A stretch of DNA of 64,000 bases from Octopus sinensis. Taxonomy: Eukaryota. Location of the stretch: assembly GCF_006345805.1 (NCBI RefSeq), contig NC_042997.1:194246001-194310000 (forward strand), read 5' to 3'. Positions 25,812 to 40,474 of the stretch are shown here, piece by piece (positions within the stretch are counted from its first letter, which is position 1; each line of letters begins with the position of its first letter). The translations under genes were made by a program, and so were the position numbers. A model generated the notes under the pieces. That model was not told where the DNA came from, ran no database searches, and saw only the letters and a list, made by a program, of their open reading frames with translations.

Positions 25812-26030
25812 TTTGTGTGTCTGTGTTTGTCCCCGTAGCATTGCTTGACAACCGATGTTGGTGTGTTACGTCCCCGTCATTAGCGGTTCGGCAAAAAAGA
25901 GACCGATAGAATAAGTACTGGGCTTACAAAGAATAAGTCCCGGGGTCGATTTACTCGACTAAAGGCGGTGCTCCAGCATGGCCGCAGTCAAATGACTGAA
26001 ACAAGTAAAAGAGAGAGTAAAAGAGAGTAT
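25582..26030 (+). mobile_element. SINE family B, near full length
   Basis: Matches B body and (GTAAAAGAGA) tail. Confidence 0.93.
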
Positions 26031-26239
26031 ATATATATATATATTTTTTACATACATATATTTTTACATGTGTATGTGTGTGTGTAGTTAAATAAGATTC
26101 GGGTGAAATTCCTGTAGTATGCTATGCGAAACTCGTCCATCATACAGTGGAAATGCTCCTGCCACTGGCTATACATCAGGAATTCCATCGTAACCGTAGA
26201 GTCTATATACGCACGCATGTATGTATATATATCATGTTA

Positions 26240-26970
26240 CGACTGTCGCTCTGCACCCAGCACCACATCACTAACCGTGTCACAAGACTGCTACAACCAC
26301 TATGACTACTACCGCCATACTGTAACCACCTCTGCACCACCGTAACCACCACCACCAGAACACTATAGTCACCTCTGCACTACTATCATCACCACACCGC
26401 TGTTGCTACCACCATTGCACCACAGCCAATACCACATCGCTCTAGTCATCACTACACCGCTTTAACCAGGACCACACTACTATAACCTCTACAATCGCAC
26501 CACTGTAACCAGCACCACCACCTTACCGATCTAGGTACCACCACACGCTTATGACCATCACTTCTTTGCTGTAGCATCCTCCCCCACGCCTCTCTAGCTA
26601 CCTCCACAGTACTACAGCCATCATCATACCACTGTCACAACCACCACTACAGTCCTATAGCCTCTATAGTCGCCTCTACTCTTCTATAGACGCCAGCACT
26701 GCACTATAGACAACATTACGGTACTATAACCGCCACCATACATAGCTACCACTCCATCACAATAGCCTCTGTTATACCACTGTAGCCACTACCATGCCAC
26801 TATATTCGCCGCCACAACACCACTATAGCTAACATCACTATCACACCAGTGTACTTAACACTACACCTCTATAGATATAACTACGAGGGTACTATATCCA
26901 CGGCAACACCATTTTGGCTTTAGCCAAATCATTGTGTATCACCACTCTACAGTAACCATCATCACTGCAC
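26240..26970. repeat. degenerate ACC/ACT-rich low-complexity tract
   Basis: Quasi-periodic CACCACTGTAACC / CCACTATAGCC motifs; resumes after 28181. Confidence 0.6.
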
Positions 26971-26972
26971 TA

Positions 26973-28180
26973 CGGGGGTCGGCTGAAAAGTTCATAGGCT
27001 GACTCAGAGACTCTCATGGAAGGTGACCAAATGAGGTTTACCATTCAACATAGTCCCCCCCACCCTTATGGTCCACGCACTCCTTCCATCAGTGTTGCAG
27101 TGCTTCGATCCAATCGGTGAAGGAGCTTTCATCCTTGTTGGTCAATAAAGTCATCAGCAGCAAATATGACGTCATCATCATGGCCACACTAGTTCCCAGC
27201 CAAGTATTTTTCATGTTGTGGAACAGATGATAGTCAAAAGGGGCTAAATCAAGAGAGCAAAGAGAGTGATCAACCAGTTCAAAGCCACAGTCATACACAG
27301 CAGCCGTTCAAACCAAGGACGTGTGTGCTGGAGCATTGTTCTGATGAAACAAGACCCCTTTCGTTACTTTTCTTAGGTGTTTGGTCTTGATAGCCTTTAG
27401 TAACTGCCTCAGCAAGTTGGCATAGAACTCTCCATTGATGGCATGACCCTTTTGAAGGGCCAATAAACACAATGTCTTTTGCATCCAAAAAAACTGAGGC
27501 CATTACCTTCCCTTCAGATGAAACGACCTTGGTCTTCTTTAGAGCAGGTAAGGAGGGGTGTTTCCACAGCATAGACTGTCTCTTTATCTCTGGGTCAAAG
27601 TGATAACGCTAACACTCATCTAGGCTTAGGAAACGATCAAGGAAACCAGCTGGAACTGCCTCAAACAATCTCAGATTTTCTGGCGATGTGATCGGCTTGG
27701 TACCCTATTGACCAGGGTCCATAGTGCAGAATATTCTCAATCCTCTCCCGGGATTAGCATATCCAGTGAGAGAATTTGGAATATTTGATTTATAGTCAAT
27801 TGACTGCCATGTGGTAAACACGATCAATGTTTTCCTCAGAAGTGGCAGTTGCCGGACGTCCAGACCCGGGGGGTCATCTTCAAGACTATCCCTTCCCCTT
27901 CTACATTCAGCTGTCCACCTTTGCACTGTTATTAAAGCTGGAACATCTTCCCCTAATGCAGCAACCATGTCAGCCTGGATGGCATTAGGAGCTAAGCCAT
28001 TGTTTTTTCCGTAATCACTTAATAACGCTTTGAAGTCTTCTTTGAACAGTCAGACGTCAGTTTATCAGGAAAGAAAACATACATTTATAAATAAGAATGG
28101 TTGAAATGAATGCATGCAAGATTTCACAGCTCTAGCATCACTCCTTCATAGACAGCCTATAAACTTTTCAGCCGCCCTGG
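26973..28180 (-). mobile_element. near full-length mariner transposon with inactivated transposase
   Basis: TIRs CGGGGGTCGGCTGAAAAGTTCATAGGCTG / CAGCCTATAAACTTTTCAGCCGCCCTGG, TA on both sides; frames give TVQRW..RRGRDSLEDDP, GKVMASVF.DAK and SLDLAPFDYHLF (YSPDLAP motif) with frameshifts. Confidence 0.92.
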
Positions 28181-28300
28181 TACTGCGTTCACTAACACCG
28201 CACTACTATATCCAACACCACACTTTTACAGCTACAACGAACAAACGTCTATAGTTATATTACTATATATTACAGTATTCGAACCCATATTATCTATAAA

Positions 28301-28677
28301 CATGACAGACGTTCTACCATTGAAGCAAAGCAATCCTTCGAATTTCTCAATTCGTCTTAGAAACCTTATTCTCACTAGCGATAATTGTATATTGCTTACG
28401 TCATAAGAATTGAGCAACTACGCGAAAACGTGAAATAATTCGTTTCTTTTTTTTTTGTTGTTTTTTTTTTAGGGGGAACAGTGGATCTCGAAGTAGTTAT
28501 ATTCATCTAATATTTACACGCTGTTAGTTAAGTATCTATTTCGAGTTCAATTCTCTTGAAGTTCTAAAGTATTATAATTTAATATAAAATTCTTGCTGTT
28601 AAGAATAAAGATTCTAAAACTTTATTCTTAAATAATTTCGAAGAATCGTTTTGTCCAATGGTAGAACATCTGTCATG
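28301..28677. mobile_element. MITE-like element with ~42 bp imperfect TIRs
   Basis: CATGACAGACGTTCTACCATTG ... CAATGGTAGAACATCTGTCATG; no clean TSD. Confidence 0.65.
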
Positions 28678-28679
28678 TA

Positions 28680-28868
28680 TCTTTTATCTTTTACTTGTTT
28701 CAGTCGTATAACTGCGGCCACGCTGGGGCACCGCCTTGAAGTGTTTTAGTCGAACAAAATCGATACTAGGACGTATTTCTTAAAGCCTAATATTTATTCT
28801 ATCGGTGTCTTTTGCCGAACCGCTAGATGCGGTGGTGAGGGACGAAAACGGACTGAGAGACACACAAT

Positions 28869-28905
<37 letters not shown>

Positions 28906-29074
28906 TTGAACCCGTATATATACAAGTGAGTAGACAAACGAAAGAAATAGGCACTCAACACGTAAAAGCAAACTAACGCAGGCTGTCACGAGATGGCGAG
29001 GGGACAAACACAAACAGAAACACACACATATATATGTACACGTACACACATACACACACACACACACACACATA

Positions 29075-29109
<35 letters not shown>

Positions 29110-29430
29110 ATTTCCATCTATCAAATTCACTTACAAGACATTGCTCGACCCAGAGTTATACTAGAAGTCCTTGCCCATGATGCTGCGCAGTGGGACCGAA
29201 CAAATCGACTCTAGGACTTCTTTCTTAAAGCCTAGTAATTATTCTATCAGTCTCTTTTACCGAACTACTAAGTTACGAAGACGTAAACAAACCAGCACCT
29301 GTTGTCCAGCGGTGGTTGAGAAATACACAAACACACACCCACACATAAACACAAACACATATCCGCGCGCGCGCGCGACGAGTTTCCCCGCAGTTAACCA
29401 AATTCACTCACAAGGCCATGGGCCCGGGAA
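28680..29430 (-). mobile_element. fragmented SINE family B copies
   Basis: Several partial diverged B segments. Confidence 0.7.
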
Positions 29431-30852
29431 CAGGACGTGCAGGTGGTGCAAGCGCACTCCCTAGAATTTTTGCGGAGTGCAGAACCAAAATTTGCAGCCC
29501 TACTAATTTTTCTCAGGTTTAGAAAACGGTAAATAAAAAGCGATGTGTAAAAAGTAGCTTGAAGTTAGGTTCCTTCTCAAAGAACAAAACACAAAAATAC
29601 AAAAAAAAAAATAAATAAATAAGACCTTGTTTGTAAATATATTTGGACCTGGGTTTGCTTCCCCTAAGCAAATTTCATTCCCGAGCCAGTGCACAAGGCT
29701 GTAATCGGGCCAGAGCCATAATAAAAAAGGTATTTTCCCAAGTTCCTGCACTGTAGATTGAACCCAAAACCGCGTGATTGCAAAGTAAGCTTCTTAACTA
29801 CACAGCCATGTCTCGCCTATATATAAAAAAAAAGCCGGAATGCTTCACAATTAGCGTGTCACAAATTAGCAGAAGCCGTGCTAATCTTTATATCGTTCCA
29901 ATTTTCATATTTATCCTGTCGAAGCAACTTTCAACAAATGTCACCCACTTCTCTTGCACGATTTCTTATTATTATGACAAATGTCTTTTCTCGGACTTAA
30001 TAAGCCTTTTTAACGAGCCTTTAATTTGTTAAGTCGTCGACTGCTTGGCTGTGAGTTAAAATCACAAATATTTATGTTTCTTGACAAGATACTTTAATCC
30101 ATTCATTACTAGTCCGGTTCACAGAGATATGAGAAATGGGTACGACGATTTCCGTTGATGGTGTTAGGAGTAACTGGTTGACTCGTATTCATTTATTGCT
30201 ACGATAACTGAAACCAAACGCACCGCTCTATACACTGATGTGATTGATGGAAGAATAAGCTGTCTACTTTGAGCATAATACGGAAGCCGTGGGCTGTTTA
30301 TTGTCACCTGGTGCGCCTTGAAGAAATATTTATTCGTGGAAAATTAAAATGCGATAGATAAGCTTGTCAAAGATGACGGACAGTTGTGAAACAGCTTTGA
30401 GTACATCGGAAAAAAATAAATGTGTTAAAATACTCATTTGCTTTCTATGGGAGTCACGTGACTTTTGACTGTTGGCTTTCATTCTTAGCTATGTATTCTT
30501 TGCCTTTCGTCCTTTCGGAATCAGTGAAATAAGTACCAGTTGGGCACTGGGGTCGATGTGATTGCCTTCTCCTCTCCTCAAAATTGCTGACATGATGTTG
30601 AAAAAAATTAGGAAAAAAGAATTCTTAGATATGTACATACTTCGATAGATACATCAGCATGATTGCATATATACATAACATACATTTTTACATACATACA
30701 CACTTACATGCATACAAGCATGTATACATACATTCATACACACACATGCATACACGTACGCACACATACATGCATACATACATACATGCATACATACATA
30801 CATACATACATACATACATACATACACATACATACATACATACATACATACA

Positions 30853-30884
<32 letters not shown>

Positions 30885-31085
30885 CATACATACATACGTA
30901 CGTACGTACGTACGTACGAACGTATACAGACTTATATTCATAGACACTTACACAGCCATATATATATATATTATTGTGTCTGGGGAGAGTTATTCTCTTT
31001 TAGTGCCTTATAAATTTAAAACACTCACCGGTCCAATTTCCCCACGTATTCACATAAAGAACCTTGCAAACCAAATGCAAAAAAC

Positions 31086-31145
<60 letters not shown>

Positions 31146-31924
31146 CATACATACATACATACATACATACATACATACATACATACATACGTACGTACGA
31201 ACATTCAAACATATACGCATACACACACACACATGCATAATTGCATGGTGGAAGTCAAGTCATGACCGAATAAGACCACTTTCTTAATTCATTAAGTCCG
31301 AGCGAACGTTCCGAGAGTCTAAGAAGTCCCTGTGCGCGAAATTGCTTTGAATGGATAGTACTGGACCCATTTTTCGGTGCAATCAGCTATAAAACCAGTG
31401 ACACAACAGAATTTTGAGACGACCAGAAACCAACGGCACTTCAGGTTTTTATATAAGAGTTTAACTTCTCCTGAAGGGAAGTTCTAATGAGAATTAGTGG
31501 GGGTGGTCTTTCACTCTCGTTGGTTTACATGCTAATTGCCCCTTAGCTAGGACCCTAACGTAGTCAATAGTGGTTAACAGGTGGTTCCACACCCCTCAAA
31601 ACTCGGGAACTCCCCGTACTAGGGACCCACTACCAGATGCAGTTAAAAGTCCTATCCAGGACATACATGCACACACACATACATGTATACATACACATAC
31701 ACACATACATACATACAGATGTACATACACACTCATATACATACATGGTGGCTGCCCCCTCGTTATCGAGTATGGCCATTGCACGAAGCTTAATCAATGT
31801 TGTTATCGTGCAATGCCTGTGCAAGAAGATTTTTTTAAAGTGAGGAAAGGTTTTGTACTGAGTCAATCTCACTCACTAAGCAACAGCAGCCATAATCCGA
31901 AAAGAAGAACAGTCAACATCATCG

Positions 31925-32297
31925 GTAACCACTGAGCCGCAGGTTTTATGTCGGAGTTATCCCAGTTACCTGAGTTACCTTCTCCTAGAAGGATGCCCTA
32001 ACAAAGGCTAGGAGTCCTTCACTCCCAATGGTTTAACTGCGCGATCGAGTATTCAGTCCGATTATTTCTATGTCCCCGCGCATGATACAGCCTTAAGACA
32101 TTTATTGGATGGCCGTTGATTCTCAAGAGTTCCTCCGCCCTTTGACGGGTTTTGTTTTTCATCCCGCAAGGTGTCCAATAAACACCCTCCTCACCAAGCA
32201 AGCTTGGTGGGGGTTGCCGGTTTAGTCGTCGACGACCCGACCATGCAACAGGTTGTACTGGGTTACATGTTACCAGTAGCACTCGAAAGTGACCTGA
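31925..32297 (-). mobile_element. 5' UTR of an RTE-like LINE
   Basis: GC-rich structured segment with GGGCATCCTTCTAGGAGAAGGTAACTC motif resembling RTE 5' UTRs; begins abruptly at (CATA)n. Confidence 0.5.
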
Positions 32298-33218
32298 CAT
32301 ACACATACATACATACATACATACATACATACATACATACATGCATGCATGCATGCATACATGCATGCATGCATGCATACATGCATACATACATACATAC
32401 ATACATGCATGCATACATACATACATACATACATACATACATACATACATACATACATACATACATACATACATACATACATACATACATACATACATGA
32501 TATAGACAGACAGACAGAGTGTATCAAGAATTCGAGAACAGAAAAGAATTCCAGGCAAAACAGACACCAGGCCGAAAAACATAAAAACAGAAAGACGACA
32601 CACCCGTTCATCTAGATACAACGAGGAAACAAACCATTCGATATAACCACCCTCAGCCCTAATACCGTCCCCGATACATCCACGGAAGTGGCTGCAAGCC
32701 AAGATCACCTTCCGAACCCATACCTTCTACCGCACCCACAATGATAGTCTCCCCACCAACAACTAGTCCTTAGCTCAATGAAGCCTCTAGCTGATACCCC
32801 GTTTCCGACGTTCTGAGAATTTCAATCATTGGATGCCACAAGATCGTGAAAATTTTCGATCAACCATTCCCTGGTCGCGAGGGCCTATGTGGGAGAGTAC
32901 AGAGTCCAGATGGAAAATGTTGGGCCCTCACTAGGCTACTCCCACTTCCTTGATCCAGAGTTTGATCACTATGTCAAGGACCTCAATGCACGTGTTGATA
33001 ATCACCCTACGGGACTATGGAAAGAAATGAGGTAATATGACATGGCCCCCATTGTTCATGATACCCAGAACCATTAAAAACGACAGGAACCCGGTATACA
33101 TTACCATAACTGTAGGCACCTTGCACAGTCTCCGTTGAACCGTCCCTCGATCCTCTTGTTAACTTTCGGACTTGGCCGAGGTTGTTATCATCCTAAAAAG
33201 AAAGCAAAGCTTGGCATA

Positions 33219-34032
<814 letters not shown>

Positions 34033-36220
34033 CAAGTACTTCACTCGGATTACATGGTCTTGCTGGACATGAATTGTTCTCTCTTCATTACGTAGTATCA
34101 TACTTGATGTCCTCGGGAATATCTGTTAGTGGACTCTGCTACCTTGAATTGCTTAGTGATGCTCTTATCGATTCGCTGGCGCTGATGTTGCTCTGGTCCT
34201 GCTGGACGAAGTCTACCATCCTAACAACACTTGACCATTGTAAATGTTTACTTGCATTAACACTTGCCCTAGATGCCGTGCAATGGGATTGAACCCGAAA
34301 CTGCTTGCAAAACGAGCTTCTTCATCACACAACCGTGCCTACGCCTAATACGTGAAATTTCCCACCGGAGCAGTTTCTAATTTACACAACTTGTTGTAGG
34401 TTCAGCAACGAAGGATCTGTAATTCTGAAGAATATATCATGTTTTCCCCAAAGATAAAAACAAAAAAAAGCTACGTCGTCATTCGTGAGCGAGTATAATA
34501 CGGTAACCGACCCCCTTGTTTTCGCTAATTGTTTTAGTTGCCAATGTAATCGCGAGCAAACATAGACACCCTAACAACAGACCTACTCTTGACCCTTCGG
34601 AGCACAACGGATTTGACAGCTGGAAGAATAGAGGGTTGCACCAGCCCTAGGCTAGTATACATTTCCAGCTGAGTAGACTGGAATGACGTGAAATGATGTG
34701 TTTTTGCGCAAGACACAACGTGCCACTCGGTTCAGAAATCGATCCCATGACCCTGTGATCGAGAGACCAATACTCCTAACCACTAAGCTAACATAGGCAA
34801 AAGGCCTCAAAAGATTTCTGGTCGGGTACCTATGTTAGAAACTGTTATTGCTGAAGTCCTTACACTTGCCTAACAACATTATACGCAGCATTTATTTATA
34901 TACATTCACGTTTTAAGTTCAAATCTTGCCTGAGTTACTTTACCTTATATTCTTCAAGTGTCGGTAAAATATGTTTCATGCCATCAATGGTGTCGGCCAT
35001 TTACCCCGTTTTTCTGTTCAGTTTAATAATTATCAATTACTTTCTGAAATGCTATCACACGTCCTTGAAAACTTATCGGGTGGTACAGTGATAAAACAGA
35101 AACAGAACAAGGAGAAAAATATTTATTAAAAAGAGAAAATATCTTGAACAGATGGCGTACCCTAGCGGCAGATACTGTAAGAGAGATAATCACTTCGAGA
35201 TTAATCATGGCGAAGTTAGAAGTTAAAATTTTGAATCGAAGGATAACAAAAAAGATGCACAGAATATACATATTTAATATCTTTTCTTACTCATTACAAA
35301 GGTCTTAAATTGTATAGTAATAGCTAAACCGTGTACAGCGCCATTTCATCCTTATTTGAAGCCATCGGCATGACACAACCTTCTTTTTCTTTTATAAGGT
35401 CAATCCTTCATTCAGTCCTTCCTTCTTCCAAAGTATCTTAACCCTCTGTCTCTATATCAGCTCTCTCTCTTCTATGCACCTTCTACATTTGATGATATTG
35501 TGACGGTGACACTTCATAAGATCTCTCGGCTGAGTTTTTCCATTGTTTCTACACTGTAAGACTTTTTACCAGCCGATCTACAAGTTATTTCTCAGTCGTC
35601 ATCACACAAGAACTCTGCCATTATATGTCACCCGTATATCACAAGAACTTTCGCAGTTAGTATTCTACTAAACTATTCTACAGATCTTCTACCGTGTCCA
35701 AATTTTTCAATTTTGTGTTTCTGTAGTGATTTTTTTTTTTATTGATCTTTACCTCACCATTTCATCCATATTGAAAATGTATTCAACAACAACAAAAAAA
35801 AGCTACTGCCAAGAAAACGAAGTAATTTTTACTTATATTTTTAATATAATGCTTTTCTTTCTTTCGAATAATTTTTTTAATGAAACAATAAAAAGATTTT
35901 TTAAAAAACAACAACAACGTTACTTATTTCTCTTGTATCGGTATTTTTGCTCATATGTTTTACTGTATGTTAAAAAGTGATTATTCTTACAGTCGAAATC
36001 TAAAAACAAGGAAGCTAATGTACGGACAGGATTGACGTGAGGAAAAACAAAATTAAAATCTAATACCCAGAACCATTAAAAACGACAGGAACCCGGTATA
36101 CATTACCATAACTGTAGGCACCTTGCACAGTCTCCGTTGAACCGTCCCTCGATCCTCTTGTTAACTTTCGGACTTGACCGAGGTTCTTATCATCCTAAAA
36201 AGAAAGAAAAGCTTGGCATA

Positions 36221-36420
36221 CTCTTTTACTTGTTTCAGTCATTTGACTGCGGCCATGCTGGAGCACCGCCTATAGTCGAGCAAATCGACGCCAGGACTTA
36301 TAATTTGGAAGCCTAGTACTAATTCTATCGGTCTCTTTTGCCGAACCGCTAAGTGACGGGGACGTAAACACACCAGCATCGGTTGTCAAGCGATGTTGGG
36401 GGAACAAACACAGACACACA

Positions 36421-36511
<91 letters not shown>

Positions 36512-36560
36512 GACGGGTTTCTTTCAGTTTCCGTCTACAAAATCCACTCACAAGGCTTTT
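36221..36560 (-). mobile_element. SINE family B, 5'-truncated
   Basis: B tail and body; shares its 3' flank with the 33219 copy. Confidence 0.88.
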
Positions 36561-36944
36561 CTGAAGATTTTTGTAGTGAAGTGTAACAGCAGAACAAAGG
36601 GGGAAAGAACAATGTATAAATATGCAAAATGAAAGAAGTTTCTGCCCCACAAGGAAAGGTGAAATTCGTTTCTTTGAATGAGCGCTCTACCGAAACCTCA
36701 AACTTAACATCTCGCATAATTTAGCATCCAGGTAGCCTTTGCCTGCCATGATATTCTACTTCTTTCAGTCGTCTGACAATAGCCATGGGTGGGACACCGC
36801 CTTGAAGGGTTTAAGCAAACAAATCGACCGCCGTACATTTTTCCAAAGACTGGTACATATTCCATCGGTTGCTTTGACGTGCCGTTAAGTTAGAAGGACG
36901 AAAACAAACACTGGTAGCCAAACTGCGGTGAGATAACAAACAGT

Positions 36945-37370
36945 CGATTAGATTGAATCCCAGTACGCAACTGGTACTTAATTTATCGACCTAGAAAGGG
37001 TGAAAGGTAAACTCGATCTCGGCTGAATTTGAACTCAGAACATAGTGGCAGGCAAAATACCTATTTCTTAATTACCCACAAGAGGCTAAACACAGAGAGG
37101 ACAAACATGGACAGACAAACGAATTAAATCGATTACATCGATCCAGTGCGTAACTGGTACTTATTTAATCGACCCCGAAAGGATGAAAGGCAAAGTCGAC
37201 CTCGGCGGAATTTGAACTCAGAACGTAAAGACAGACGAAATACGGCTACGCATTTCGCCCGGCGTGCTAACAATTCTGCCAGCTCGCTGCCCAAAACGGA
37301 TGAACGTAAAGACGGACGAAATGCCGCTAAGCATTTTGCCCGGCTTGCTAACAATTCTGCCAACTCACCG
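36945..37370 (-). mobile_element. SINE family A multimer
   Basis: Reverse-complement A cores. Confidence 0.85.
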
Positions 37371-37679
37371 TCTAAGCCATGCCATTATCAATAAATAATT
37401 GATTAATGAATATAGATGAAACTCTATACGAGTTAGATATTAACAGAAGATAGGTAGAACACCGAACATTTTGAAGATGTTTTATTTCCTTGGTACTCTC
37501 AATAATTCTGAAAAATGCATGGACGTCACACAACTTCATTTTTGTTTCGAAGACGATAACGACACAGCTGGCATTAAGTTGAAATAAATTTACCTTTTCC
37601 ACAGAACCAGCTGGGATTTGAACACTGCGCGTAAAACTTGAAAAAAAAAAAAAAAGAAAAAAGACAATAACGGAACAGA

Positions 37680-38075
37680 TTTTGGTACAAGGCCAGAAGT
37701 TTAGGGGAGGGATTAAGTCGATTACATCGACCTCAATGTTCGACTAGGACTTATTTTATGAACCCGAAAGGATGAAAGCAAAGTCGACTTCGGCGGAATT
37801 TGAACTCAGAACGTAAGGTGCCGCTAAGTATTTTGCCTGGCATGTTAAGAATACTTATTTCTTTACTACCCACAAGGGGCTAAACACAGAGAGGACAAAC
37901 AAACGGATTAAGTCGATTACATCGACCCCAGTGCGTAACTGGTACTTAATTTATCGACCCCGAAAGGATAAAAGGCACAGTCGACCTCGGCGGAATTTGA
38001 ACTCAGAACGTAAGAACAGATGTAGTGCTGCTAAATATTTTGTCTGGCGTGTTAAGGATACTGCTAGTTCGTCGC
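37680..38075 (-). mobile_element. SINE family A dimer
   Basis: Reverse-complement A cores. Confidence 0.82.
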
Positions 38076-38087
38076 CACTCGTGATTA

Positions 38088-38440
38088 GGGTGGTGGAGCT
38101 GGTAGAGTCGTTGAAGCGTCGGAACAAGCATCGTGACATTTGTTGCGGCTCTTTACGATTGTAAAGTCGTGAGTTCGATATCCGGCGGCGCGTTGTGTTC
38201 TTTAGCATGACACTTTATTCTGCAATGCTCTAGTCCAATCAGCTGATAAAAATGAGTTGTACCTGTATTTCTAAGGGTCAGCCTTGTCGCATTCTGTGTC
38301 ACATTGAATCTCCCCGAGGACCACGTTAAGAGTACACGTGTCTGTAGAGTGCTTAGTTATTTGCACGTTAATTTCACGAGCAGGCTGTTCCGTTGATCGG
38401 GTCAACTGGAACCTTCGTCGTCGTAACCGACGGAGTGTCA
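38088..38440 (+). mobile_element. chimeric SINE with tail type 3
   Basis: Tail 38260-38438 is the reverse complement of ~63003-63185, but the head differs. Confidence 0.7.
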
Positions 38441-38590
38441 GTTTAATGTTTGTACAATTTGCAGAAACTTTCTGACAGGAATGGCGACAAGAACGCTTGT
38501 GATGCAACTCTTGACCTGGTGCTAAACAACAATAACACCGCTAACAACGACTACAACCATTTAGTAAGACACTGAACCGTATGTGTCACT

Positions 38591-38944
38591 AGTAGCTTGC
38601 TTACGAACCACATGGTTCCGGGTTCAGTCCCGCTGCGTGGCACCTTGGGCAAATGTCTTTTACTAAAACCTCGGGCCGACCTAAGCCTTACGAGTGGACA
38701 TTTTGGACGGAAACTGAAACTCTTTTACTCTTTTACTTGTTTTAGTCATTTGACTGTGGCCATGCTGGAGCACCGCCTTTAGTCGAGCAAATCGACCCCA
38801 GGACTTATTCTTTGTACGCCAAGTACTTATTATTCTATCGGTCTCTTTTGTCGAACCGCTAAGTTACGGACACGTAAACACGCCAGCATCGGTTGTCAAG
38901 CGATGTGGGGGGGGGAGGGCAAATACAGACACACAAACATATAT

Positions 38945-39005
<61 letters not shown>

Positions 39006-39160
39006 TACGACGGGCTTCTTTCAGTTTCCGTCCAAAAAGTCTACTCGCAAGGCTTAGGTCGGTCCGAGGTTTTAGTAAAAGACACTTGCCCAAGGTGCCA
39101 CCCAGTGGGACTGAACCTGGAACCATGTGGTTGGTAAGCAAGCTACTTACCACAATGCCA
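38591..39160. mobile_element. SINE family B with inverted duplication of its 5' part
   Basis: 38591-38719 (+) pairs with 39019-39147 of the minus-strand copy 38720-39160. Confidence 0.88.
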
Positions 39161-39823
39161 CTGTTGACGATTCTACAAGCTCATTAGTAGCTTTGTTTTA
39201 AATATAAAATTCCTTCTAACTTTGACACGAGGCTTGAAATTTTGGGAGTGGGACCAGTAGATTACATTGACTCCAAAATGATATTTATTTTATCAACACC
39301 GAAGTGATGAAAGGCAAGGCTGACCTTGAAGGAATTTGAACTCCGAAAGTAAAGAACAAGAAGAAATATTACTAAGTATTATGTTCGGCGTGCTAACGAT
39401 TCCGCCAGCTTGCCGACTTTTGTTTTAAATTATAACACGACAGGAAAACAGTTACATTGTATGTCAAAACAATAAATTCTGGAATTCGTTAGAAGAGAAA
39501 TATATCAGGCTTTCTGGGGATCATTTAATAAATATAACAATTAGGGCTCACATTACTATACAGTTGTATAACCAAGTCTAAGGGTGCGTTTTATTGTCAT
39601 CGTAGTGGGTGAGGGGAGAGTGGTAGAGGTGGTGGTGCTGGTGGTTGTGATGCTTATAGTGATGGTGATGATGGCGGGGACGGGGATGATTCTGGTGGCG
39701 CTGCTGCTGTTGGTGGTTGTGATGTTGGTGGCGATGGTGGTGTTAATAGCTATGTTAACGGTCGTGGTAGAAGTTGCATTAACAGTGACGATGGCGTTGG
39801 TGGTTGTGTTAATAATAACAGCG

Positions 39824-40474
39824 TAGAAGGTGGCGAGCTGGCAGAAACGTTAGCACACCGGGCGAAATGCGTAGCCGTATTTCGTCTGCCGTTACGTTCT
39901 GAGTTCAAAATCAACCGAGGTCGACTTTGCCTTTCAGTATTTCAGGGTCGATAAATTAAGTACCAGTTACGCACTGGGGCCGATGTAATCGACTTAATCC
40001 GTTTGTGTGTCCTTGTTTGTCCCCTCTATGTTTAGCCCTTTGTGGGCAATAAAGAAATAAGAAACGTTAGCACGCCGGGCGAAATGCGTAGTCATATTTA
40101 GTCTGCCGCTACGTTCTGAGTTCAAATTCCGCCAAGGTCGACTTCGCCTTTCATCCTTTCGGGGTCGATAAATTAAGTACCAGTTACACACTGTGGTCGA
40201 TATAATCGACTTAATCCGTTTGTCTGTCCTTGTTTGTCCTCTCTGTGTTTAGCCCCTTGTGGGCAATAAAGAAATAAGAAACGTTAGCACGCCGGGCAAA
40301 ATGCTTAGCGAAATTTCGTCTGTCTTTGTGTTCTGAGTTCAAATTCCGCCGAGGTCGACTTTGCCTTTCATCCTTTCGGAGTCGATAAATTAAATACCAG
40401 TTGCGTACTGATGTCAATCTAATCGATTGGCGCTCTCCCCCAAAATTTCGGGCCTTGTGCCTAGAGTAGAAAAG
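39824..40474 (+). mobile_element. SINE family A trimer with TSD
   Basis: 13 bp TSD AATAATAACAGCG at 39811-39823 and 40475-40487. Confidence 0.92.

Noticed and set aside
32019-32708. 229 aa minus-strand ORF
   Set aside because: Spans a (TATG)n array and a LINE 5' UTR; chance open frame
39584-39826. Hydrophobic 80 aa ORF resembling a membrane protein
   Set aside because: Degenerate (GGT/GAT)n low-complexity sequence
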